A model generated the notes under the pieces. The model did not search any database and was not told the origin of the DNA. It saw nothing but the letters and a program-made list of their open reading frames with translations. A DNA stretch of 64,000 bases, taken from the NCBI GenBank assembly GCA_018992685.1, contig JACVGT010000021.1, positions 64,001 to 128,000 of the forward strand, read 5' to 3'. This DNA is from Theionarchaea archaeon. Its GTDB lineage: Archaea > Methanobacteriota_B > Thermococci > Methanofastidiosales > SZ-28-30. This document shows, in pieces, positions 43,219 through 52,372 of the stretch. Within the stretch, counting starts at the first letter, position 1. The number at the start of each line of letters is the position of its first letter. A program made the position numbers and the translations under genes.

Positions 43219-43908
43219 TCACTTCTCAATATCCCTCTCTATGTATGATTTCTTCAACTGGTCCAGGTCCATGGTGGTAAGGTTCTCCATTTCCTGATCG
43301 AACACTCCAGCTTCGATTTCGTCATTCCGCTCCTTCAGATGCAGTGACTTGGGCAGGATGAACTTCCCGTACAATCGCCGGGCCAGCTGACCCACGTGAT
43401 AATGGACAATATCTGCCGGACATCGTGCTGCACACAGCCCACACTGCAGACAGTCAAATGACAGTTCAGCTGCCTGTTCAATATCTCCTCGTAATGATGC
43501 CTGGATGTAGTCCATGACCTGCAAATCCTGTGGACACGCTTTAGTACAGGTATTGCAGCTGACACATCGTGCAATTTCGGGGTACAACGATACAATGATG
43601 TTGGGTCCAGAAGCAAGTTCTTCAAGTTCATATTCTGCCTTGTTGGCAGGAACAAAAGGCAGTTCTGTCAAATACATGCCGTCCTCTGCAGGAGTCTGGC
43701 AGGCTAAAGCCGTCTTGAATTTGTATTCATCTTTTTTTCGGAATATTGTTCCACAAGCCCCACAGAACCCAGCTCTACATCCTGCTCCTCTGATGAACCG
43801 GTATCCTGCGTATTCCATGGCCTTCATGATGGTCAGTCCTTCAGGAACGTCATATTCCTTACCCATGATGTAGACTTTGATCATTCTGGTCTTGATAGTA
43901 TCTGTCAT
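43219..43908 (-). CDS. Iron-sulfur subunit (2Fe-2S + 2x4Fe-4S), FrdB/TfrB N-terminal-like
   Basis: GCRAGFCGAC..LAC; CVSCNTCTKACP; CLQCGLCAARCP. Confidence 0.88.
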   Translation of the reverse strand: MTDTIKTRMIKVYIMGKEYDVPEGLTIMKAMEYAGYRFIRGAGCRAGFCGACGTIFRKKDEYKFKTALACQTPAEDGMYLTELPFVPANKAEYELEELASGPNIIVSLYPEIARCVSCNTCTKACPQDLQVMDYIQASLRGDIEQAAELSFDCLQCGLCAARCPADIVHYHVGQLARRLYGKFILPKSLHLKERNDEIEAGVFDQEMENLTTMDLDQLKKSYIERDIEK

Positions 43909-43912
43909 ACAA

Positions 43913-44770
43913 TCACCTTAACAGTCCTTTCTCTTTCAATAACGGTTTGGGATCAACATAGTGTTGATCAAATTCGAGGGCATCGAAGAGCCCCAATGAT
44001 ATAGCCAGTAACTGGGAGAAATACAGAATTGGCATGGGTGCCAGTTCCTGTTCCAGGTCTTTCTGCCTGAAGTCTAGATTGAATTCACACAGAGGACAGG
44101 ATAGAACCACAGCTTCTGCACCTCTCTTGCGGGCAGAACTGAGAATGTGGTATGTTTTCTCGCATACAACCTCTTTATGATTTACCGTGTGATAACTTCC
44201 ACAGCATTCAAGCTTATACGGATAGTCCACAACAGTAGCCCCCAGGGAGGTAAGAAGTTCTGCCATCACCGTAGGTCTTTCCGGGTTGTCGATGGAGATC
44301 TCCTCAGGTCGCAGCAATAAGCAGCCATAATAGGGTACAACAGTCAATCCTTTGAGGGGGTTCTTTACGGGGAGAGAATCGAATCCCATCTCCTTCAATA
44401 CTGTCAAATAATGAACCACCGTCACTCCGCCTGTGTAGTCTTCCTCCTGGTCCATGAACGAGTTCATCTTTTCAAGCTTCTCAGGGTCACTCTTCACCAG
44501 TTGATTTGCCTGCTCCAGGGTATTGTAGCACATGGAGCACAGTGTCGTCACTCTGTCATACCCCATGTCCTGGACTCTGATCAAGTTTCGTATCGGTGCC
44601 AACTGGTGCATGAGATCATCACTGGCCAGTGAATAGACTGTGCCACAGCAGTTCCAGCGGGGCATCTCGATGAGTTCAATACCCACTGCTTCTGAAACTG
44701 CCTTTGTGGTGTCCTCGAAAGGTTTGGCCGTTGTTTTCAAGGTACACCCTGGATAATACGGAATCTTCAC
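43913..44770 (-). CDS. hdrB: Heterodisulfide reductase subunit B-like (two CCG domains)
   Basis: YYPGC, WNCCG, CSMC, YYGC, ECCG, CPLC. Confidence 0.92.
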   Translation of the reverse strand: MKIPYYPGCTLKTTAKPFEDTTKAVSEAVGIELIEMPRWNCCGTVYSLASDDLMHQLAPIRNLIRVQDMGYDRVTTLCSMCYNTLEQANQLVKSDPEKLEKMNSFMDQEEDYTGGVTVVHYLTVLKEMGFDSLPVKNPLKGLTVVPYYGCLLLRPEEISIDNPERPTVMAELLTSLGATVVDYPYKLECCGSYHTVNHKEVVCEKTYHILSSARKRGAEAVVLSCPLCEFNLDFRQKDLEQELAPMPILYFSQLLAISLGLFDALEFDQHYVDPKPLLKEKGLLR

Positions 44771-44774
44771 GAAA

Positions 44775-45179
44775 TCACCCTGTATACTTTCTGAAGTTTG
44801 ACACCAAAGCTACCGGAGGAAGTTCCTTCAGATCTTCCTTGGAAATCTCAGATATTCTGATGTGATCAACGTTCTCTCGAAGAACAAGCAAGCGTAGTGC
44901 TTCCATGACTCTTGTCAAGTCCACATCCTTGGGACACCTGGTGGCACACTGGAAACATGATGCACACAACCAGATGGTCTTGGACTCCAACACGTTCCAG
45001 TCGTTGGCCTGGACCAACTCGATGACTTGATGAGGGCGAACATCCATAAGAGTTCCTACAGGGCATCCTGCGGAGCACTTACCACATTTATGACAAGAAA
45101 AGATCTTCTCTCCACTCAATTCCTCTGCTTTTTCAAGGAGAGTCGTTTCCTTGGATATTTTCGGGATCATATGACTCAT
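44775..45179 (-). CDS. hdrC: Heterodisulfide reductase subunit C-like
   Basis: CHKCGKCSAGCP, IWLCASCFQCATRCP. Confidence 0.9.
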   Translation of the reverse strand: MSHMIPKISKETTLLEKAEELSGEKIFSCHKCGKCSAGCPVGTLMDVRPHQVIELVQANDWNVLESKTIWLCASCFQCATRCPKDVDLTRVMEALRLLVLRENVDHIRISEISKEDLKELPPVALVSNFRKYTG

Positions 45180-45442
45180 CTCGGCTGTGATGAAGCCTCT
45201 TTACTTATGTATATAAGGTTTTCTATATGAGTTTAAAAAGTTTCTGCTGTATAAACCTTAATAAGTAGAGGCAAAGGAATCGGAAAAATCCCGGAGTAAC
45301 TATCTTTCTGGCTGGTCTCAATCCCCCGCTTCAACTAGTGGCACCTGTCACTCGTCTTCTAACGTTCATCCAGTGCCCAGTCTATCCTACTCTTTAACTC
45401 CTGGGTTTCATCCGGCACCTGGCCGCATCTCTGGATACGTGT

Positions 45443-46570
45443 CTACCCGATTACCAGTGAGTCCAATGTCTTGGGGCACGTGGTCAGCGCATTGCCACCC
45501 GTCTTTGTTACCAAGACAGTATCAGAATGCCTGAATCCGCCAAAGCCAGGTATATACACACCAGGCTCATTGCTGATTACCATGTTCTCCTGCAGAACTG
45601 TTGTGTCACCTTCTTCAATCCACGGAGGTTCATGACCTTGTAGTCCAATGCCGTGGCCCATTCTATGTCTGAGATAGCGTTCATATCCTCGTTCTCTGAT
45701 CACTTGAAGGCATTGCTCATTGACATCAGAACATTTCACACCGGCCCTCACCGCTTCTCCACCCTTTTTTTGGGCCTCATACATGACTTCAAACGCTTCT
45801 TTTTGTTCTGGTGCAGGGCTCCCCACAAATCCTGTGCGTTCACTTTCTGCTTGATATCCACCAACAGCGGCTCCGAAGCTCAGAATGATAGACTCACCTT
45901 TTTCCACCTTCTTGCTGGAAGGTAACCCGTGAGGGAGTGCACCATTCTTCCCGGAGCCCACCAGTCCTCCGCACATGCCGCCCTGAACAGGCACAATTTC
46001 CTCCAGTTCTTCAAGCATCCGTTCAGAAACATCCATCCTGGTCCTCTCATTGATTTCGAATTCAGTGACTCCCGGACGTGTATGGTGGACAGCCCGCTCC
46101 ACTGCATAGTCTGCATATTCGGCCGCTTTGGAAATTAGGACAACTTCCTCAGGGGTTTTCACCAATCTCATTTGTGAGATTATGCTGGAAGAACGAATTT
46201 TCAAATCAGAGAGTATTTTATGGGATGATATAGCAAGACTGTCCTCAATGCCCACATTGACCAAGGCCCGCTTCTTTAAGTGTGATTTGATCCATTCGAT
46301 GCGATTGATCTCCCCCGGATAGTCAAAATATGTTTCTACCTCTGTATGTTCGGGGACATGATCCACCTCCAAGAGGGGAATCAACAAGAGGGGTACACCT
46401 TCTCGGGGAATTACTGCTGCCAGAGGTCTTTCTGTCCTCAAGTGAAAGAACCCTGTTGCATAGGCGATATTGGCTGGCTCAAAAAGGAGGAGAGCATCCA
46501 GAGACTGCGTGTCCAGAGTGTCTTGGATTTTGTGGCAGATCTTTTGATAGAATTCGCTGCTCAGCTTCAT
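45443..46570 (-). CDS. Xaa-Pro aminopeptidase/creatinase family (M24)
   Basis: Creatinase N-domain, ALPHG, GHGIGLQGHEPP, SNEPGVY, FRHSDT; start at ATG 46570. Confidence 0.88.
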   Translation of the reverse strand: MKLSSEFYQKICHKIQDTLDTQSLDALLLFEPANIAYATGFFHLRTERPLAAVIPREGVPLLLIPLLEVDHVPEHTEVETYFDYPGEINRIEWIKSHLKKRALVNVGIEDSLAISSHKILSDLKIRSSSIISQMRLVKTPEEVVLISKAAEYADYAVERAVHHTRPGVTEFEINERTRMDVSERMLEELEEIVPVQGGMCGGLVGSGKNGALPHGLPSSKKVEKGESIILSFGAAVGGYQAESERTGFVGSPAPEQKEAFEVMYEAQKKGGEAVRAGVKCSDVNEQCLQVIRERGYERYLRHRMGHGIGLQGHEPPWIEEGDTTVLQENMVISNEPGVYIPGFGGFRHSDTVLVTKTGGNALTTCPKTLDSLVIG

Positions 46571-46710
46571 AAGTTCTCTTTTCCCAATCGTGATATATAG
46601 GTTGCGGTGGAAGCAGTAACAACCTCTTTGAAGCTGCTTCCGTGACTGCCAGGGAATTCTTACCTGTTCTGCTGCCAAAGTTTATAAAGTTAGGTTTCTA
46701 CCCCTCAATG

Positions 46711-46781
46711 GCGGCTGTAGTCTAGTGGTAGGACTCAAGCCCCCCAAGCTTGCGACGCGGGTTCGAATCCCGCCAGCCGCA
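46711..46781 (+). tRNA. tRNA-Gly(CCC) with C at position 33
   Basis: GCGGCTG/CAGCCGC acceptor, CAAGC-CCCCCAA-GCTTG anticodon arm, GCGGG-TTCGAAT-CCCGC T arm; TATA TTTATAAA at 46681. Confidence 0.92.
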
Positions 46782-46885
46782 TTCCATGTATGTGTTCCTG
46801 GGGAATTGAAGGTAGAGCCTGTGCCTGTCCCAGGTTCGAGGACTCTGGACCGCAAACCTATTTATAAGCACCTCAAAAGAGCATC

Positions 46886-48523
46886 ATGAAGCAAGCATTT
46901 GACAGGCTCCAGAAAGAATTCATGGAAGTGTGCTTCTGCAGGCGTCCTCAGGAAGCGAGTTATCTTGGATTCACTGAGTATGATGCAAAAATGCCCTTGG
47001 GGAGTCTTGATCATCGTGTAAGAGAAATAAAGCAGGATAGAGAATTCCTGCAACGGTTTTGTGATATTAATGAAGAAAACCTGGACTTTGATCGAAGGCT
47101 TTCCCTGAAATTGGCTATTCATAAGCTGAAGATATGGTTATTTGTGGACGAGACTCTTCAGCATTATTTAATGGATCCCAATGCGTCAAATGAAATTTCC
47201 TCAGCCCTGAACAGTCTGTTCATACGGGAAGGGCCTGAGAAGTTCTATCCAATCCTGAAGAGACTAGAGCAGACTCCCCAGTACATTGAAGACTTCAAGA
47301 GCCGAATAGTTCACCCCACACGACTGTGGACAGAAATGGCTATAGAAGCTGCCGACGGGTTGCTTGAATTTCTGCCTCTGATCGTGGCTGCAGCCAGAGA
47401 TGAAGCACCGCACATTGCGGAGTCAATAGAAGATGCCGGAAAGACGGTGGAGAAGTCACTGCTGAGCTACATATCCTTCTTGCGTGGGATTCTCCCCCAG
47501 GCTGTCACTCCCTGGGTCATGGGAAAGGAGAATTTTGAGACACTCCTGAGACTCAGGAAAATACCTTATACAGGGGCCCAAATCCTGGATATGGGAAAAA
47601 AGTGGCTTAAAGATGAGACAGAGATTCTGACGGAACTTGCACGCACAATTGACGGTAAAAAATCTGTGGATGAAGTTGCTCGGGCAGTGAAATCGCAGCA
47701 CCCCCCCACCTTTGACGAGGTCCTGGAGTTGTACCGTACCTACATAGAAAAATCTAGGGGTTTCATCATTGCTAATGATATTGTAACCGTCCCTGAGAAT
47801 GAGGTCCTTGTAGTTCAGGAGACTCCATCCTACATCAGGTATCAGTTGCCTTTTGCTGCTTATATGGCGGCCCCCGCGGTAGGGAATCGGATTGGTCACT
47901 ACTGGGTTACTCCTCCCGAAGACGCGCAGGGGCTGGATGAGCACTCTGAACCTGCAATAGCCAACACCTCGGTCCATGAGGCATATCCAGGACATCATAT
48001 TCAGATTTTCTGTAGCAACAGCCATCCTCACCCATTGCGCTGGGCCTTCACTCCGTCTGACGTCTATGCCAAATACGTGTCCGAAGGCCCTGAATTGATT
48101 GAAGGATGGGCTCACTACTGTGAAGAATATATGCTGCAGAAAGGATTCAGTGCGACCCGTGAACACAGATTCATCAAGGCTCTGTGGGGAAGATTCAGGG
48201 CAATCCGAATAGTCGCAGATGTGCAGCTTTCAACAGGAGATATGACATTTGATGAAGCTGTCGCCTTCTTGCAGACAGAAGGGGGACTCCCTCTGTACGC
48301 AGCGAAAGCAGAAGTCAAGAGGTATACTCTTGGTCCTTCCTACCCCCTGTCCTACCTCCTGGGAAAGCACATGGTAGTAGACCTCAAGGCCAGGGTACAG
48401 CAGATGATGGGATCACAGTTCACAGACAAATTCTTTCATGATACCCTTGTCTATGAAGGGACCATGCCACTGGCTCTCATGGAGGAAGCATTTGTCCACA
48501 GATCACAAGAACACTCTCTCTAG
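46886..48523 (+). CDS. DUF885 family putative metallopeptidase
   Basis: HEAYPGHH, EGWAHYCE, RIVAD, EVKRY..P..LSYLLG. Confidence 0.88.
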   Translation: MKQAFDRLQKEFMEVCFCRRPQEASYLGFTEYDAKMPLGSLDHRVREIKQDREFLQRFCDINEENLDFDRRLSLKLAIHKLKIWLFVDETLQHYLMDPNASNEISSALNSLFIREGPEKFYPILKRLEQTPQYIEDFKSRIVHPTRLWTEMAIEAADGLLEFLPLIVAAARDEAPHIAESIEDAGKTVEKSLLSYISFLRGILPQAVTPWVMGKENFETLLRLRKIPYTGAQILDMGKKWLKDETEILTELARTIDGKKSVDEVARAVKSQHPPTFDEVLELYRTYIEKSRGFIIANDIVTVPENEVLVVQETPSYIRYQLPFAAYMAAPAVGNRIGHYWVTPPEDAQGLDEHSEPAIANTSVHEAYPGHHIQIFCSNSHPHPLRWAFTPSDVYAKYVSEGPELIEGWAHYCEEYMLQKGFSATREHRFIKALWGRFRAIRIVADVQLSTGDMTFDEAVAFLQTEGGLPLYAAKAEVKRYTLGPSYPLSYLLGKHMVVDLKARVQQMMGSQFTDKFFHDTLVYEGTMPLALMEEAFVHRSQEHSL

Positions 48524-48601
48524 TACAATACTACGGTGAAATGAATACCTCTTCCATCAAGGACTACCGACAGCTTTACTCAAAAAAGAAGTGATAAAGA
48601 A

Positions 48602-49102
48602 CTACAGACTATCATAGACTGCTCTGAAAATGCTGTAACTCTCTTCTGAATACAGGACGAAGACCACGTCGAGAGGTTTAGGGTACGTGAGAACCTCCTC
48701 CAACATGACCTGTGCACATCGGTTCAGGGGAAAGCCTCCCACACCTGTGCCCAGTGCAGGAAAGGCTACTCTTTTGACTCCAAGGCTTTCTGCAAGCTTC
48801 AGAGCGTTTCTGGTTGCCTTTCGTATTACCTGTTCATTTGTTCTGAGATCCTGTCCCATCACTGCTGCATGAATCACGTAGCGTGCAGGCAGTGTGCCAG
48901 CACCTGTCTCCACAACATCTCCCACAGATATCGGTCCTTTTCTCACAGCTTCGTCCTCAATGTCCTGTCCCCCTCTCCTCTTCAGAGCTCCCGCAACTCC
49001 GGTCCCCATCCACAGGTGGTTATTTGCTGCATTAACCACAGCATCCACCTCAATACTGGAGATGTCTCCTTTTACGAGTCGGATCCTGTCTTTAATAGTC
49101 AT
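48602..49102 (-). CDS. Macro domain protein (ADP-ribose binding/hydrolase)
   Basis: [30 protein letters not shown]. Confidence 0.92.
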   Translation of the reverse strand: MTIKDRIRLVKGDISSIEVDAVVNAANNHLWMGTGVAGALKRRGGQDIEDEAVRKGPISVGDVVETGAGTLPARYVIHAAVMGQDLRTNEQVIRKATRNALKLAESLGVKRVAFPALGTGVGGFPLNRCAQVMLEEVLTYPKPLDVVFVLYSEESYSIFRAVYDSL

Positions 49103-49931
49103 AGAATCCTTTTCCCGTTTTCCTCCCCAGGTACCCGGCTTCAACCATTTTCACCAGTAAAGGACATGGTCGGTACTTACTGTCCTTGTATCCTTCGTAC
49201 AGAACATTCATTACCGCCAGCACCACGTCCAGTCCGATGAGGTCAGCCAGCGTCAGAGGCCCCATAGGGTGGTTCATACCCAGTTTCATCACCGTATCGA
49301 TGGCCTCCCTGGATCCAATTCCCTCGTACAAACAGAAAATCGCCTCGTTAATCATGGGACATAATATTCTGTTGGAAATAAATCCTGGGAAATCGTTCGC
49401 TTCTACAGGGGTCTTTCCCAACTGTTGGGCCAGTTCGACAGTCCTTCTGGTAGTCTCATCAGAGGTGGGCAGTGCCCTGATGATCTCCACCAGCTTCATC
49501 AAGGGAACGGGGTTCATGAAGTGCATACCAATGACTTTATCCGGCCTGGAGGTTGTAGCGGCCAGCTCCGTAACTGGCAAGCTGGACGTGTTGGTGGCCA
49601 GAATACTATCGGGGGAGACAATGGCATCCAGTTCCCTGAATATATCCTTCTTGAGGTTTAAATTCTCTGTGGCAGCTTCAATGACAAATTCTGCCCCTTT
49701 GATATCCTGTAGGTCCAGAGTACCCCGTATCCTGGACAGAATATCTTTCATGTCTGTATCCGAGATCTTCTCTTTTTCGACGAATTTAGAGAGGCTCTTC
49801 TGAATGATAGAGAGTCCTCTGTCAATAAACTGCTGTTCAATATCACGCATAACAACATCATGTCCTGCCGTGGCACACACTTGGGTAATCCCATTCCCCA
49901 TGGTGCCAGCACCAATAACAGCGATCTTCAT
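49092..49931 (-). CDS. hbd: 3-hydroxybutyryl-CoA dehydrogenase
   Basis: [44 protein letters not shown]. Confidence 0.95.
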   Translation of the reverse strand: MKIAVIGAGTMGNGITQVCATAGHDVVMRDIEQQFIDRGLSIIQKSLSKFVEKEKISDTDMKDILSRIRGTLDLQDIKGAEFVIEAATENLNLKKDIFRELDAIVSPDSILATNTSSLPVTELAATTSRPDKVIGMHFMNPVPLMKLVEIIRALPTSDETTRRTVELAQQLGKTPVEANDFPGFISNRILCPMINEAIFCLYEGIGSREAIDTVMKLGMNHPMGPLTLADLIGLDVVLAVMNVLYEGYKDSKYRPCPLLVKMVEAGYLGRKTGKGFYDY

Positions 49932-50267
49932 GTACTCACCTGACCTCTCTTTTTCCATTGCCTTAAAAGGGTTTACCATCTTTCTATTACATATCACATA
50001 TCTTGCATGGACTGTATATTCCCGGTCAAAAAACAGAATGTAGATCAGTATTAGTATTTTCATCTTTTTCATATTCACTATACCGATACACATTTTCGAC
50101 TCATTTTTCCTTTTTTCTCTCAATTCTCGTAATCTTTTACATATTTGTCATGAATTTCATTATTTGCTTAAAGAATTGCGATTTCATCGAAAACCAACTT
50201 GAGATGTCACGATTTTCCCAAAAAATCTATCGCAAAGCTTAAGTATGTGTAATGATATTACGGGTAT

Positions 50268-51419
50268 ATGGGAAGAATTATGGGAACCCTGACAAGAGAT
50301 ATTGGCATGCTCTGCTGGATGGCATGGAGCACGACCTGCCCATCACTCAGATTTTCGGTGTCTTCTTCACTTGCCCATATCGCCCATGTTGCATGCAGGA
50401 CCCGACTGGAAACCCTTCCTGCGCATTGCCTTCCCTATCACGAACTTCTGGGAGAATCCTACTTGAAAGAAAAGCACTGGGTGTATGCCATCCTCATGGC
50501 TGTCATGGAATCCCTCCCCGTACTGTACGGGAGACGCACACAGGATGAGATTCTTCATTCTGTCCTGGGGAAGACCTACCTGGGAGCAAGCTCAAAACTG
50601 CTGGATAACCTCAACGACGAGATCCACACTGTCGATCAGGCTCTCAGTTCACTGCAGAACTACCTTGCAGCCCTGACGTGTGGACACTATCAGGTGAACG
50701 AAGATTCCAAAGTCTCAAGAGCTGAATCTTCTGCATGCGAAATGGCTTCCTGGATATATACCACCTTGAATGATGATTCCCCTGCATTCACCTGGTATGT
50801 TGAAGATTGTAGGAAGTTGGTGAATGGTCAGGTAGCCTCACTGAACCACAAGAGGACAACATGGCCATCACTTGCTGAGTATGTCGGTGCCATTGCAGAA
50901 AAGAGCATTGGGGATGTATGGATTGATATTGATCTGTGTCAGGTAGACGAGGTGGATTCAGATACACACCTTCTCAAGAAGAGCAATGAGTACATTTTCA
51001 AGTCCAGTCTTCTCTATGATGATGTTCAGGATCTCACAGACGATATTGAGACCACTTCCATAAATTCCGTGCTGCTCTTGGCTCTGGAGAGAAAAATAAT
51101 CTCAGAAGCAGATCTTGAGAACCTGCAACCGGCTCAGCTGAAGGTGTTGCTTCAGGAAGCTGGCATCGTAGACGATATTATTCACCTGGCTGACGCCTTC
51201 TTTTTGAAAGGCATTTATGCCTTCCAGGACATAGAGACCACAGAGGTAGACAAGAAAGGGTTGCTCTACAGCTTCCAGCTCGTGCGGCTTTTCAATTTTA
51301 GAAAGCTGCTTTTAGCACAGAGGGATAGAAAGACACTCAAAAAGGTCATGGCATCCTTCTCAGATCTCCAATCACTGCGAGACACCATACCTGAAGAAAT
51401 TGGGGCTCTCGTCTGGTGA
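50268..51419 (+). CDS. Class I isoprenoid synthase-fold protein (atypical polyprenyl/terpene synthase-like)
   Basis: Ordered motifs LLDNLNDE (FARM-like), GQVAS, EY..IAEKS, YDDVQDLTDD (SARM-like); largely helical. Confidence 0.6.
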   Translation: MGRIMGTLTRDIGMLCWMAWSTTCPSLRFSVSSSLAHIAHVACRTRLETLPAHCLPYHELLGESYLKEKHWVYAILMAVMESLPVLYGRRTQDEILHSVLGKTYLGASSKLLDNLNDEIHTVDQALSSLQNYLAALTCGHYQVNEDSKVSRAESSACEMASWIYTTLNDDSPAFTWYVEDCRKLVNGQVASLNHKRTTWPSLAEYVGAIAEKSIGDVWIDIDLCQVDEVDSDTHLLKKSNEYIFKSSLLYDDVQDLTDDIETTSINSVLLLALERKIISEADLENLQPAQLKVLLQEAGIVDDIIHLADAFFLKGIYAFQDIETTEVDKKGLLYSFQLVRLFNFRKLLLAQRDRKTLKKVMASFSDLQSLRDTIPEEIGALVW

Positions 51420-51423
51420 TAGA

Positions 51424-52317
51424 ATGGTTAACCCATGGGTGAGAGCAATCCGGCTGCAATACTACCCCACGACGGGGCTGATCCTGCTGGTGGCCCTATC
51501 TGTATCCGCTTTTGAAGGCATTGTCTTCATGACCGGCATTGTGTGGATAGTGGCAGGGAATGTACTCCTCCATTGTGCATGCAGTCTGATCAATGAATAC
51601 CGGGATTTCAAAACTGGGGCAGACCTCGTGGAGTATCCTCAGAGCGGGTGGTCAGCAACAGGAGGGAGTGGTGTCCTAAAGGAGCAACTACTTCTGCCCA
51701 GGCAGGCTCTGCGTGTATCTGCCATCCTGTTCTTGGCATCCTGGGCTATCTGGCTGGTCCTGGGTTACAAGACCGATTACTGGGTTGTCTTCTTGATGAG
51801 TGGAGCCCTCTTGATGACATACTTGTATTCGGCAGCTGTATCTGTGGGAGGATTTTACTACTACAGAGATGTTGCAATGAGCCTGGGGAGCGTCCCTCTG
51901 GTAGTGGTATCAGTGGTGAAGGTCTTGACTGCAGGGTACTCTCTGGTTGCTCTTGCTACAGGAATTATTATGGGAATACTGATTCTTATTTACCTCCTAT
52001 ACCATGGGATTGTGGATCTAAATGCAGATTCTATGAGTGGAAAACTGCGGATCAGCAGGGTACTGGGACCGGAAAAGACACGTATGGTCGCGAAGGTGCT
52101 TTTCTTTTCCACGGTTCTGGGAGTCACGGGATTGGCGTACAAGGGGGTTCTCCCTCAATTCAGTATGTTGATAGTTACGCTACTCCCTCCTGCCATTGTC
52201 GTCATGTGGAACGAGAAGAGGCAGCCCCCCATGAAGACCTACAACCAGGTTATCTTACTGCTAGGAGCAGCTGCAGTATTTCTCTGCAGTGGGTTCTGGG
52301 TGCATCTTGTATTGTAG
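51424..52317 (+). CDS. UbiA/MenA-family membrane prenyltransferase
   Basis: WVRAIR, LINEYRDFKTGAD, GGSGVL, VDLNADSMSGK; about 9 TM segments. Confidence 0.8.
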   Translation: MVNPWVRAIRLQYYPTTGLILLVALSVSAFEGIVFMTGIVWIVAGNVLLHCACSLINEYRDFKTGADLVEYPQSGWSATGGSGVLKEQLLLPRQALRVSAILFLASWAIWLVLGYKTDYWVVFLMSGALLMTYLYSAAVSVGGFYYYRDVAMSLGSVPLVVVSVVKVLTAGYSLVALATGIIMGILILIYLLYHGIVDLNADSMSGKLRISRVLGPEKTRMVAKVLFFSTVLGVTGLAYKGVLPQFSMLIVTLLPPAIVVMWNEKRQPPMKTYNQVILLLGAAAVFLCSGFWVHLVL

Positions 52318-52372
52318 AAGAGGGTGATACTCCCACAGGCAGGTTTATAAGATGTGATTTGCCAGTTCTTTT

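Noticed and set aside
43913-45179. Selenocysteine or pyrrolysine readthrough in Hdr/Fe-S genes
   Set aside because: All expected Cys motifs are present and there are no in-frame TGA/TAG interruptions
46829-46850. CCCAGGTTCGAG T-arm-like fragment downstream of tRNA-Gly as an att-site relic
   Set aside because: Does not match the tRNA-Gly 3' end beyond GGTTCGA; no integrase nearby
49932-50123. 64-aa N-terminal extension of Hbd in the ORF track (also extensions of nob1, MBL, hypF, M24)
   Set aside because: Conserved domains begin at downstream ATGs that have SD or TATA signals; the extensions run through promoter DNA or the neighbouring gene
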